A stretch of 63,905 nucleotides of DNA, filler included, from Nemertoderma westbladi (Eukaryota > Animalia > Xenacoelomorpha): the NCBI GenBank assembly GCA_032718475.1. It is 3 parts of 3 records of this genome, joined end to end, with 100 filler letters (N's around TTAATTAATTAA, not from the genome) between each part and the next. Parts side by side here need not be neighbours in the genome. Positions count along the whole stretch, not along the records: positions 22,179 to 46,493 come from JAUCBJ010008159.1; positions 46,594 to 63,905 come from JAUCBJ010003812.1; 1 more part is not named here. One strand, 5' to 3'. A program made the position numbers and the translations under genes. Shown piece after piece: positions 37,231 to 46,769 of the stretch (positions are counted from its first letter, which is position 1; every line of letters begins with the position of its first letter). Under the pieces are notes generated by a model. That model was not told the origin of the DNA and ran no database searches. It saw only the letters and a program-made list of their open reading frames with translations.

Positions 37231-39556
37231 TGGTGAGGAGGTCAATTGTATTTTCCTCCTCATATAATTGATTAATATCGTCATTGTCTGAGGAGTATGG
37301 TGTTCCCTCAGTTGTAGTTTCTCCCTCACTGATTTCTTCTTCCCATTCACTCACCTGATGTATTCTCTCATTAGGGAGTCTTTCCATTAAAGTTCTATGG
37401 GAAGGTCCAGTGAAGTACCAACCTACTCTCGTTCTTCCCGCGTACGTTTGTAATGGTTGCGGTCGAGCAGGCCGCTTTTCTAATGTCTCAAGCGCCTTGT
37501 GCGCATTTTGGCTGATTAAGATCTGCATCCCTGGATAGTCAGTGTTGAATCTAGGTATATTATGTTGCTGGGTAAAATGGACTTCATCCCAGTTGTAAGG
37601 TTCCATTTGGCTAGTAGCAAAGTTCTTTATCGCCACCATTTTTACCGACCTTACGCTATGTTCTCCTAGTTCATCTTGGGGAGTGGACAACGCACCCACG
37701 TAGTAATCTGTAGCTACTGTGGATTTCCAAACCTGCATAATTCCGGAAAGGTTCAACATAGTTCGGAACTTGGGTTGTCCAGCAAAGATGTCTTCGGCTA
37801 GTTCTTTGTCAATGAATGTACCCGTGCTGCCGGAGTCAAGGAGGGCGTTTACTATCAGGCTTTTCCCTAGCCCATGGACTCTCAGCTGCACCACAGGAAA
37901 TTCCCGGATTCCGACGGAGGAAGTTGGCGCTTTCCAAGATGGTTGTCGGTCCGGAATAGTCAGTCGAGGATCTTCATGGTCGGTTTCAGTCTCGTACGTA
38001 AGTGCTCGATACACAGCGGTGTTTATCATATAACAGGATTCATTTTCGTCGGAGAATTCATCCGTGTAGAATCCTTCCATCTCAGAACTGTGGTCAGTGT
38101 CGTTCACATCACTGAATTGGACATGTAGTTCGGGCTCACTTACCTGACTCGTGCGGGTTCTGTCAAATTCGGTGTGCAGCAAGATGTGATGTTTAGCGCC
38201 GCACTTAGCACACCTCGCGTCTGAGTAACAGGTCCGTCGTTGGTGTCCTCGTCTGAGGCAATTATAACACAACCGCTTATCCCACATGACATCACGTCTA
38301 TCCTTCAGGGATTTCTTCAAGAATTCATCACACCCACTCAAGCAATGTGGCCCGTCGCACAATACACATTTGGGCTTGATGTTACTTACTTTAACCTGTG
38401 CTGTGGGGTGCACACTTGTTCTTTCATCGGGCTTTCTTCCATGAATTCTCTTAGGAGACGTAGGAGGAGTTGTTACCTGTTCTCTCCTGTCACTGGTTTG
38501 AGACTTAGATTTACTTACGTCTTTCCTCGGTTTGTTGACATAATAAGATCTTTCGGTGTCTTTTCCGCTGTTCTCCTCGTATGAGGTTTGGCTTTTGCCG
38601 TCGTCTGTATAACACACTGATGTTACCTTTCTCCTAGAAACGGGTTTTTCACTCACCTTACTTTCTGGTATCTTCTCTCTGGACTGCTTTAGGAGCTGTA
38701 ATCTTACCTCTCCATTTAAGAATGACATGAGATCAGCCATGGTAGGGTCTCTTTGTTGCTGGTCCATCATATAGAGAACCTTTTTGTCCCAACGAGTACC
38801 TACTCCACCCTTTGGCAAAGTAGATGCTATGGCTCCAACAACCATAGAACTCTGGTATTCCTGAGACTTACCTAACCAATCTACCTGTCTATAGATCTCC
38901 TGAATCTCATCGGAAAACTCTATAATCCTGCTGCTAAGAAACTTTCGGGGCGCTACTAATTTCGCATATAAATACCTAGCTATGTTAGTCCTATTACCAT
39001 ACCTGATGTTTAGTGTATCCCAAACTTGTCTTAATCTGTCTGGATGTCCAATAAACTTTAACACCATTAACTTGGGAGGTCCTTCCAGGCACTCGATGAG
39101 GAATCTAAGTTTCTCTCCATTAGATAGTACAGAGTTCTGTATGTTATCTTTATAATATTCATTAAAAGGTAACCATTTCATCTCATCACCATTGAACTTG
39201 ACGACCTCTGCCACCTTTACCGCTTGACGGGCTTCGGTTCTAGCCATTTGATGTGTAAAACTTTCTTGAGCCATCGTATTATTTAATATCGAGTTATCGG
39301 TATATAAATTTCTCGGATTATGATCAGATCTGTATGGGATATCATTATCAACAGGTTTATAATTACCCTTAATAGGGTTTACTATAGGAGTTTCTACTTC
39401 ACTAGCAGTATAGATGCGTGTAGGCTCCACACCTTGCGCATGAAATACTTCAGACCTAACAGGTTGACACATTGTTACAGGGGGTGGTGGTATACCCATT
39501 TGTATATTTACTAATTTATCGCGCTCTAAAGCGATACTTTGTTGCACTTCTTGCAA
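36974..39556 (-). CDS. BEL/Pao Gag-protease (DUF1759-like Gag, triple zinc knuckle, aspartic protease), truncated before RT
   Basis: KFNGD..KW..F...EKL.FL...LEG; CVLCDGPH...C, CYNCLRRGH...C, CAKCGAKHHILLH; ALLDSGS; T..GW...GP. Confidence 0.92.
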   Translation of the reverse strand: MQEVQQSIALERDKLVNIQMGIPPPPVTMCQPVRSEVFHAQGVEPTRIYTASEVETPIVNPIKGNYKPVDNDIPYRSDHNPRNLYTDNSILNNTMAQESFTHQMARTEARQAVKVAEVVKFNGDEMKWLPFNEYYKDNIQNSVLSNGEKLRFLIECLEGPPKLMVLKFIGHPDRLRQVWDTLNIRYGNRTNIARYLYAKLVAPRKFLSSRIIEFSDEIQEIYRQVDWLGKSQEYQSSMVVGAIASTLPKGGVGTRWDKKVLYMMDQQQRDPTMADLMSFLNGEVRLQLLKQSREKIPESKVSEKPVSRRKVTSVCYTDDGKSQTSYEENSGKDTERSYYVNKPRKDVSKSKSQTSDRREQVTTPPTSPKRIHGRKPDERTSVHPTAQVKVSNIKPKCVLCDGPHCLSGCDEFLKKSLKDRRDVMWDKRLCYNCLRRGHQRRTCYSDARCAKCGAKHHILLHTEFDRTRTSQVSEPELHVQFSDVNDTDHSSEMEGFYTDEFSDENESCYMINTAVYRALTYETETDHEDPRLTIPDRQPSWKAPTSSVGIREFPVVQLRVHGLGKSLIVNALLDSGSTGTFIDKELAEDIFAGQPKFRTMLNLSGIMQVWKSTVATDYYVGALSTPQDELGEHSVRSVKMVAIKNFATSQMEPYNWDEVHFTQQHNIPRFNTDYPGMQILISQNAHKALETLEKRPARPQPLQTYAGRTRVGWYFTGPSHRTLMERLPNERIHQVSEWEEEISEGETTTEGTPYSSDNDDINQLYEEENTIDLLTINQTWCFHHHYSRTKIASDTAPRISEKVHAIKDLPAYKVSDRFLTEKISYQEHEETNTFVGTSRSTRPSYYIQIKMQRLYHKIRF

Positions 39557-41588
39557 CTCTAACCTGCTCTCTCACTGTTCCCTTTAACTGCTGAACAGTC
39601 CCTTCCAATTCACGGACCTGCTGTGAAGACCTTCGTTTATGGTCTTCCAGCTGCCCGAGCAGGCGATTCATCCCCCGCCGTCCCTCGTCCACCCACTCAA
39701 CCGCTGAAGCGGGAGCCGCCAACATAGTAGCGGGGTGATGCGTAGGGACGACGGGAGACAAGTCATTTATGTCTTGCTCGGCGTCCAGGACCGGATGTGG
39801 TTCCGGGGCTTGTCTACTGGGCACAGGTAGTTTAGTACTGTGCAAAGGGAATTTAGAGTTAGGTTCTGGAAGTACAGGGGTCTCTATCACCGAGTGAGTG
39901 GCTTCAAGGACAGGCCTAATTATTTCAGGCTCATCTACTATAGTAGGGAGTCTTTCTACTCTAATAATTTGGTCTGTGGGTTCAGGATTACTTAAGTCTA
40001 CACTAGCTAGTTGCCTTCTCACCGCAGGAGGTAAATTAGGTAACTTCTGACAGTGTGGCGTTCTTCTACGTCCGCTTGAACGAGATTTATTACCTCTACC
40101 TTCAGGATCTGTTGTATCACCTTCATCAGAGGAGGTAAATCCCTGTCTTCTGGGAGTAGATCGACTCAGTAGTTGCATCTGAGTAGCTGTCCTTTGTTTA
40201 TTCAAGTAATCTTGTTTCGCCTGAAGGTTCTCCAACTCTAGTTGTGTTGTCGCTTCAGACGCCTTCCGTTCTGCTTCTGCCACTGCCGCTTTTCTTTCAG
40301 CCTCTGTTGCTGCCGCCTTTCTTTCTAATTCTGCAGCTGCCACTGCTGCTGCCGCTTTTCTTTCAGATTCTGCCGCTGCCGCTGACATTTCAGCTTCCGC
40401 CGCCTTTCTTTCAGCTTCTGCCGCTGCTGCTAACTTTCGGTCTTCTATTTGCCGTTTCTTTATTTGTTCTTCTTGGTCCATAGCGATGAGGATGCTTTCA
40501 TCAAATTTAGCCTGCTCCGCGGCTAATATTTCCGCATCTAACGAGTCCAACACAAATTTGGCTCCCTCACTATTAGGGTGAAGTCCAGCTAGCCGTCTCC
40601 TTAGCTCTTTGTCACCTATAAATCGTTGATAGTCTGACAGATAGATGTCAATAGCATCCTTCTTCTGAGGTTTCTCGGATATAGCTTCCCCTTCCACCTG
40701 AGAAAAGGTAGCGTCTGTTGATTCTCCGTGGGTCATGCGCTCAGTTAGCTGAACTTTCCATTGTGTCGTTCCCTGGACTTTAAGACTCACCCGTTGGAAC
40801 CAAGTCTTTACGGCCACTTGCAACGACGTGTCTTGGCTTCTCTTCGAGGCTTCCTCAAAGGCTGAAAGGATTAGTCTGATCCGTAAAATTCGTTCTCGCA
40901 CTTGATAAAGCAGCTCTCCCTGCTCTTGAGGTCCTTGACGTTGTTGAAATAGGTGTTCCTCTAATCGCTCCAAAGAGCTGAAGAATCCCTGGACATATCC
41001 TGCTGCCGACCTCTTCCATACAGCTGGATCTCGAGTGTCCCTTACTATTCCCATCCTGTATAAGTCCTCCCAGGCAGCTTCCGATAAGTTAAACGGGAGT
41101 CCGGGTCCGGGGAAGTTCCATTGCGTCTCGACAATAGACCTTAGTTCCTCCGTCGTATATCCCGCATAGCTGTCCCTGGTAGATCTCTTATTTCTCGCCC
41201 AATCGGCTTGATGTTCCTCCACAGCGATCAATACTCTAGTGAGTATGGCTCCAGGAAGAATTAGAAGTGGATCTGGATAAACAGCTTCTGCCATCCTTGC
41301 TCCGATCTCGGGCGTCAACTCTTCAGTGTCTGAACTACTAGAGTTATCGTGCCGTTGAGAAATAAGTTCTCGGTTCGGGTGCTGCTGCTGTTTAACAGCT
41401 GCCTCTTGGTCCCGCTTAACTTGAGCCCTAGTGCCTATAATAGACCTATGGTGCTTTACTAGCCTAGGGTCTGATACTACTACTGGAGGGATGACCTTTC
41501 TTACAGTAGGAGGGGACTTGGACTTTGGTCTCGGATGTTCTATACTCTTGATCTGGGTCACAGATCTTTTTAAGACACTGTCTAACAC
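39516..41588 (-). CDS. BEL element ORF: long N-terminal Gag extension with Ala/Glu/Lys coiled-coil repeats, probably split from the next ORF by a frameshift
   Basis: 690-aa ORF with AAAAEAERK repeats; overlaps the gag ORF by 41 nt. Confidence 0.7.
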   Translation of the reverse strand: MLDSVLKRSVTQIKSIEHPRPKSKSPPTVRKVIPPVVVSDPRLVKHHRSIIGTRAQVKRDQEAAVKQQQHPNRELISQRHDNSSSSDTEELTPEIGARMAEAVYPDPLLILPGAILTRVLIAVEEHQADWARNKRSTRDSYAGYTTEELRSIVETQWNFPGPGLPFNLSEAAWEDLYRMGIVRDTRDPAVWKRSAAGYVQGFFSSLERLEEHLFQQRQGPQEQGELLYQVRERILRIRLILSAFEEASKRSQDTSLQVAVKTWFQRVSLKVQGTTQWKVQLTERMTHGESTDATFSQVEGEAISEKPQKKDAIDIYLSDYQRFIGDKELRRRLAGLHPNSEGAKFVLDSLDAEILAAEQAKFDESILIAMDQEEQIKKRQIEDRKLAAAAEAERKAAEAEMSAAAAESERKAAAAVAAAELERKAAATEAERKAAVAEAERKASEATTQLELENLQAKQDYLNKQRTATQMQLLSRSTPRRQGFTSSDEGDTTDPEGRGNKSRSSGRRRTPHCQKLPNLPPAVRRQLASVDLSNPEPTDQIIRVERLPTIVDEPEIIRPVLEATHSVIETPVLPEPNSKFPLHSTKLPVPSRQAPEPHPVLDAEQDINDLSPVVPTHHPATMLAAPASAVEWVDEGRRGMNRLLGQLEDHKRRSSQQVRELEGTVQQLKGTVREQVRVARSATKYRFRAR

Positions 41589-41780
41589 TCATTCTAACAC
41601 TTTCTAAGAGACTATCTGACAGTGTTTGTTTTGTGTCAGACATGATTTAATTTACAGTTGAATGCCTACTACTATAATGACAGTTAAAGCAAATCTAGTA
41701 ATTCAGTATCAACTGTAAGCCTAGTAATTAATTACCGATACCGTTACTCAGTGTAACGTGATATATATATAATATTAAAA

Positions 41781-42022
41781 TACCGGTATACACTTATAGT
41801 ATATATAAGTATTATTACAGACTAGGATTAGTCACAGAATACCGGTATATAATTTCAGCCTAAATTTATATAAATATTAATAAGCTTACCGTAAATACCG
41901 GTATACACCTATAGTATATATAAGTATTATTATAGACTAGGATTAGTCACAGAATACCGGTATATAATTTCAGCCTAAATTTATATAAATATATATAATA
42001 AGCCTACCGTAAATACCGGTAA
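41781..42022. repeat. ~116-bp tandem duplication in the BEL 5' leader
   Basis: taccggtatacac.tatagtatatataagtattatt...tatataaata occurs twice. Confidence 0.8.
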
Positions 42023-43527
42023 TGTCAATTATTTTATAATAACTGATTTCTGATTTTAGGGTTACTTCCCTTCTACTTATTACTGTTATTAAGCAGTAGT
42101 CCAACTGATATTAAGACCTAATTGATGTATAACAGGCCTACTATTTTATAAATCTGTTTGAGTTGATTTATAATATATATATATACCCGTACAATGGGTT
42201 TTGACAATATTTGAAATAAATGTTATTATTTCTGGGTAAGGAGTCACTACACAGAAGCTGAACGCTCTCAGTGGAGTGCTACTTGTTAGACACTAACACT
42301 GATAATTCTACTTTACTAAGTTACTTATCACTACAAATTACTTACAATTACAACGGGTTGAGATTACAATCTCTAAATAAACAATAACAAGTTACACGTA
42401 CAATTTTTAGGGTAATTTTACAAGAAATCTACAAACCAGCCTAACAAGGAGTTAGAATTTCTGGTTCTTACAAACTGACAGGAAACTACGGTATTTGAAA
42501 ACAATAAAGCAGTAGTAAGTAAGTTGCGTTGTCCAGATAAGGAAATACCACCGTCTGACGACTTATAGTCTTAGCTCTATAAGTACTACGTTATGTACCC
42601 GGAGTGTCCTTACCTAGAGGTTAATTACCGAAGCCAACCAGAGCTAACGTGCCTATTAACCACGTTACAACACAAATATACTGCCTACACACTAAATTAC
42701 TTTCGGAAAGTACTGTACTCTAAACCCTAAATTAGGTACAAGTACTTATAAAACAAATAACCAGCAGTTAAATATACTTGAACAGCCAAAAGAACCACGG
42801 TATCTGCTGGAGTGACCGGAGCACAAAATCACCAGTCTTTACCTACGCCAAGCAGCCCTGATGTAGTACCGGGGTTAATTTAACTATAACGGTATGTATA
42901 ACAAGCACAATTACTGTAGGAATAAACTTGGGGAATTGGAGGTTGCGAATACTCGCATAGACTCTGAATAATAAATATTACGCTACCCGTGCAGACTATA
43001 CAAACAAAACAAAGACCAAATGCTGGCAGACTACTGTCAAGCCTAAATAAACTACAGCATATGCAGACTCCGAAATGGTTAGTTAGTAGGCGTTCCAACC
43101 GAGTAGTACGACTTATTCTTTCGGGGGGATTTACCTTACAGCACTGGATGCCCCCACCTTCCTAACTAGCACTTTATCGGACAGACACTCTACACACACT
43201 GCAATCGCCTCAGACCTAACAACAGCTAGACAACAATCCGGCCTACAAATTATTTATACAATCTGAGCAGGCTTACACGCCTTCTGCTCAATATTACACT
43301 TACAGATAAATAAAACTGACAGAAATAAGTAAACCATACAAAGGAATAAGGGGTGATCAATCCCTAATCCCCTAACAGCCTACAATATACAATATTTCAC
43401 AATCGAAATAATACTGGGTACCTGTAAGTACCGGTTCGGGTGTTTAGGCAGTTAGGCCTACAGTTTACCGTCCGACCGGTACATTCGACTTTATTGCCTA
43501 CGTGCAATCAAGAATCAAAACTATTAA

Positions 43528-44628
43528 TGTTCGCGCTTTTAGACCTTTAGCAGTTTAACCTGCCAATTTTAGTTGTCCTCTTGTTTATAAATCGACTTTA
43601 GCCTATATCAATTACTTAGTGTACTGAAGTTACATCAGCCGAAGCCAGTCTGTGCGCGACCTTTCACCCACGGTTTTGGGAGACTGGATTCGGATTCCTT
43701 GATAGTGATTGCGGTGTAGACCTACTGTATTATTCAATTGATCGTTACTATATAATCCCTGACAATATATTTACTTTCGGGGAAATATTAACAGTTCCTT
43801 TAGGACGTGGCGCTTTAAGTATAAAAACAGAGTTATGACTTATACTAATCACAACTAGATGGCCACTGAGTTTCGTAAATAGCGCATTCTTTAGGAGATG
43901 CTTTATTAACCTTCACACTACTTCACACTACTTCACGCTGATCTGCCGACCGTCACTGAATTTGATCATATATAAGGAGGATTGCGACTGACACATGTAG
44001 GGATTATGAAATAGCATTTAATTCACACAAAAACCACTATAATGTAAGTCGCAGTTGCTACCAGTAAACCTGTTCCTCTTACCTTCAGTAATCAAGAAGA
44101 TTGGGGGTTTTATGATTATTTATCGGTATTCTCCAAATATAACAGCAATATCCATTAACATAACAACAATTAATAACAGAAGTAAAATAATGCGGTGAAC
44201 AGTCAGTATGTGTTACATAATGCATGAAATGTTGTATGAAATATGTGTTCCGATGTTTCCGTGATTCAGTTAATAGTTTTACGTTCTTATAATCAAGGCC
44301 ATCTGATGTTTCGGCCAAAGTCTGAAACTTCTACACAGAAGAACAGAAAATTCCGAGCCGGTTCTGGTGCTCAGAAAATAGTAAACAAAGACCGTAATGC
44401 ATTGCGCGGGTTTCCATAGGCCTCTGTCAGGCATAAGGGGGAAAATCGCTCTGATTGGCTGAATAGGCAGAACAAAGAAAAGTTCCACGTCCACAAGCAT
44501 CAGCTGATAGATGTCGTCACACCAGCTCCAATTCCTTCCCGTCGCGTAGTTGGACAAATTTAGGGCTATTTTAGAGTATTCTGCGCATTGCGGAAAAATG
44601 ACTTGTTATGTCCGCAAAAGCTTTTACA
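43528..44628 (-). repeat. 5' LTR (1101 bp)
   Basis: Direct repeat of 31190-32300. Confidence 0.95.
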
Positions 44629-44965
44629 TAAGGAACTACCTTGGCATGACCCTGATTGGTCCTATCTGCTGCAACAGCCCAGTGTGAGATCCAGTTTACC
44701 AATACAGCTGAGCAACAGGTATGATATTCTTGCATCTGGGGCAGCAGATCACTGTGAGGGCTATACTGCCTTCACGAAGCAGTTAAGTTAGCAGCTGCAG
44801 AAACTGTTCCTGTATACCCTCGAAACAGGAAAAAGGCCCCCTGGACTGACAACAAAATTCAGAAGTGCCGAAATGACCTCTATAAGGCGCAGAAAGAGTC
44901 CTGACTCAAACAGACTACAGCAGCCAAGAATGCAGTTAAGGCTGCATCTAGGTCCCTGAACAGGC

Positions 44966-45795
44966 TACTACTAGGATCAGCATGCTGCATTGCAGCTGCA
45001 TTTTTAAGAATGCTGTGCCGGCTTATCGACAAAATTGCACCACCACAACTCCCTATCACCCATGACATTTGCTAGATTATCCGCATCTTCAAGGCCAGTG
45101 TCCTTTAATATGCGTCTCAAGAAAGTCATGGGCTGTCCACCATGCTTATTCACTCCATGAGGCTGCCAAAGTACAAGAATATGCACTGGATGGTCCTCAT
45201 GGCGAAAGCAATGTCCTGCAAAGCGGAGGCAATTTTGTTCTAGTGTCAAGCTTGGGGGAACCAATGAGACACCTCCAAAGTTATATAGTGTCTGGTTGGA
45301 GATGTGTGCATTGTACTTGACACAATGAACCCGGCGTAGCATTCTTGTGAATGTGCTATCCAGAGATTTGGTGTCCTCAGCAGTTCGAGCCCAGCATGGA
45401 CTCCCGTAGAGGAGTACTGGAACTACTGCTGCTCTAAATAATCGGACCTTAAGTTTCCGATTAATTCTCGGTGACTTCCAAATCCTGGAAAGCCTATTCA
45501 AGGCTGCCCATGCCTTTCCCTTACGTATTCGAAGGTCCTCACCTGACTTCCGGATCCATGATCCCAGGTAACAGAAGTCGTCCACATGCTCAAGCATACC
45601 ATCCTTTGAGCTTATACTCATCCGATCAGAGACTTGCTGAGGACTTTCAAAGTTAACTGTCAAAATTTTGGTCTTTCTGGAGTTAATAAAAAGACCAACA
45701 CTAGAAGCAGCATGTTCTAATGAGCTGAGGAGCCGTTGGGATCCCTCTAATGATTCTGAGAGTACTCCTAAGTCATCAGCAAAGTCTAGATCAAG
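44966..45795 (-). mobile_element. 5'-truncated RTE LINE 3' fragment, near-identical to the 3' part (~52350-53184) of the RTE copy in contig 3
   Basis: ORF 45004..45663 matches the C-terminus of ORF 51757..53139; (TAG)n tail. Confidence 0.9.
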
Positions 45796-46419
45796 ATATT
45801 GATGAAATTTAGAGAAATTTTTTTTGCCTTAATTTTTTACCATTTGGCAACTTTTGCGCACCGGTAAACAACGAAATCGAAAAAAGTAAAAAACGCACCA
45901 CTCTAATAATATTCAGCCCTCCTGCAGCATATGGGATTCCTGGTGAAATTATTGCAGCTATCGCATATGATATAATGGTTCAACAACATTTTGTGGGAGA
46001 GTTCAGTAAACCAAGTGGTGATGCTCTAAGCTGGAGCATAAGTCGCTTGGTTACGCTTTAAGTATTAATTAATATGGTGTTGTATTTATTTTTATATTTC
46101 GTCAATTTCGTGCGCTTTTACAACTGTATTATCTTTAAATTTTATATCTTATCTTATCTTATGGTTGATAACAATTTATAATTATTGAAAACAATATATC
46201 GTTCAATAATTACTTAGTTTTTTATATATTGTGTTGGATTGTTTGTTGGATAAAATCGGAAGTTGGACAGAATATGAGTGACTGACACCTGAAAAAGTTC
46301 ATAAAGTCACTGATAATTCTAATAATCGAAGGAAAAGCATATTGAGCAAATAAAATAAGCTACTTATCTGCAAGAAATTAAAGTATATTATGGTAAATCA
46401 GAGTATTTGTTTAACTTAC

Positions 46420-46493
46420 CTATTCCTGTTTCAATCTGTATTTCAAGTTGTAAATTCTCCTCATAAATCGCCTCCATTTGACTATCTGACACA
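46420..46493 (-). CDS. 3' end of a fourth LamG3-like exon, truncated by the gap
   Basis: Near-identical to 22839-22912 (SDSQMEAIYEENLQLEIQ), with donor G|gtaagt. Confidence 0.75.
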
Positions 46494-46593
46494 NNNNNNN
46501 NNNNNNNNNNNNNNNNNNNNNNNNNNNNNNNNNNNNNTTAATTAATTAANNNNNNNNNNNNNNNNNNNNNNNNNNNNNNNNNNNNNNNNNNNN
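46494..46593. other. Artificial assembly spacer N44-TTAATTAATTAA-N44
   Basis: Same structure as 22079-22178. Confidence 0.97.
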
Positions 46594-46769
46594 TTATCTT
46601 TATTATTTACTTAACGTCACTCGATTCATATTACTAGGCGTCCTATGGTTTGGGTACCTGTAGCTGTAATACAGTACATAAAGTGGGTTTGTAGCGTGTT
46701 ATAGTTGTATTATATTATTATTATAATTATAATACTGTAGTACACGATTGTCCTCGTCTTCGGCCTCTG

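Larger units (their letters stand above)
31190..44628 (-). mobile_element. BEL/Pao LTR retrotransposon, 13.4 kb, defective
   Basis: Two TG...CA LTRs; 5-bp TSD TAAGG (31185-31189, 44629-44633); purine-rich tract (gggagcgg on minus) next to the left LTR; gag, protease and integrase ORFs. Confidence 0.95.

Noticed and set aside
9382-44628. The gB-like gene as the env of the nearby BEL/Pao element
   Set aside because: It lies outside the LTRs, across an assembly gap, and has introns. A distant BEL-env ancestry stays possible, but there is no physical link.
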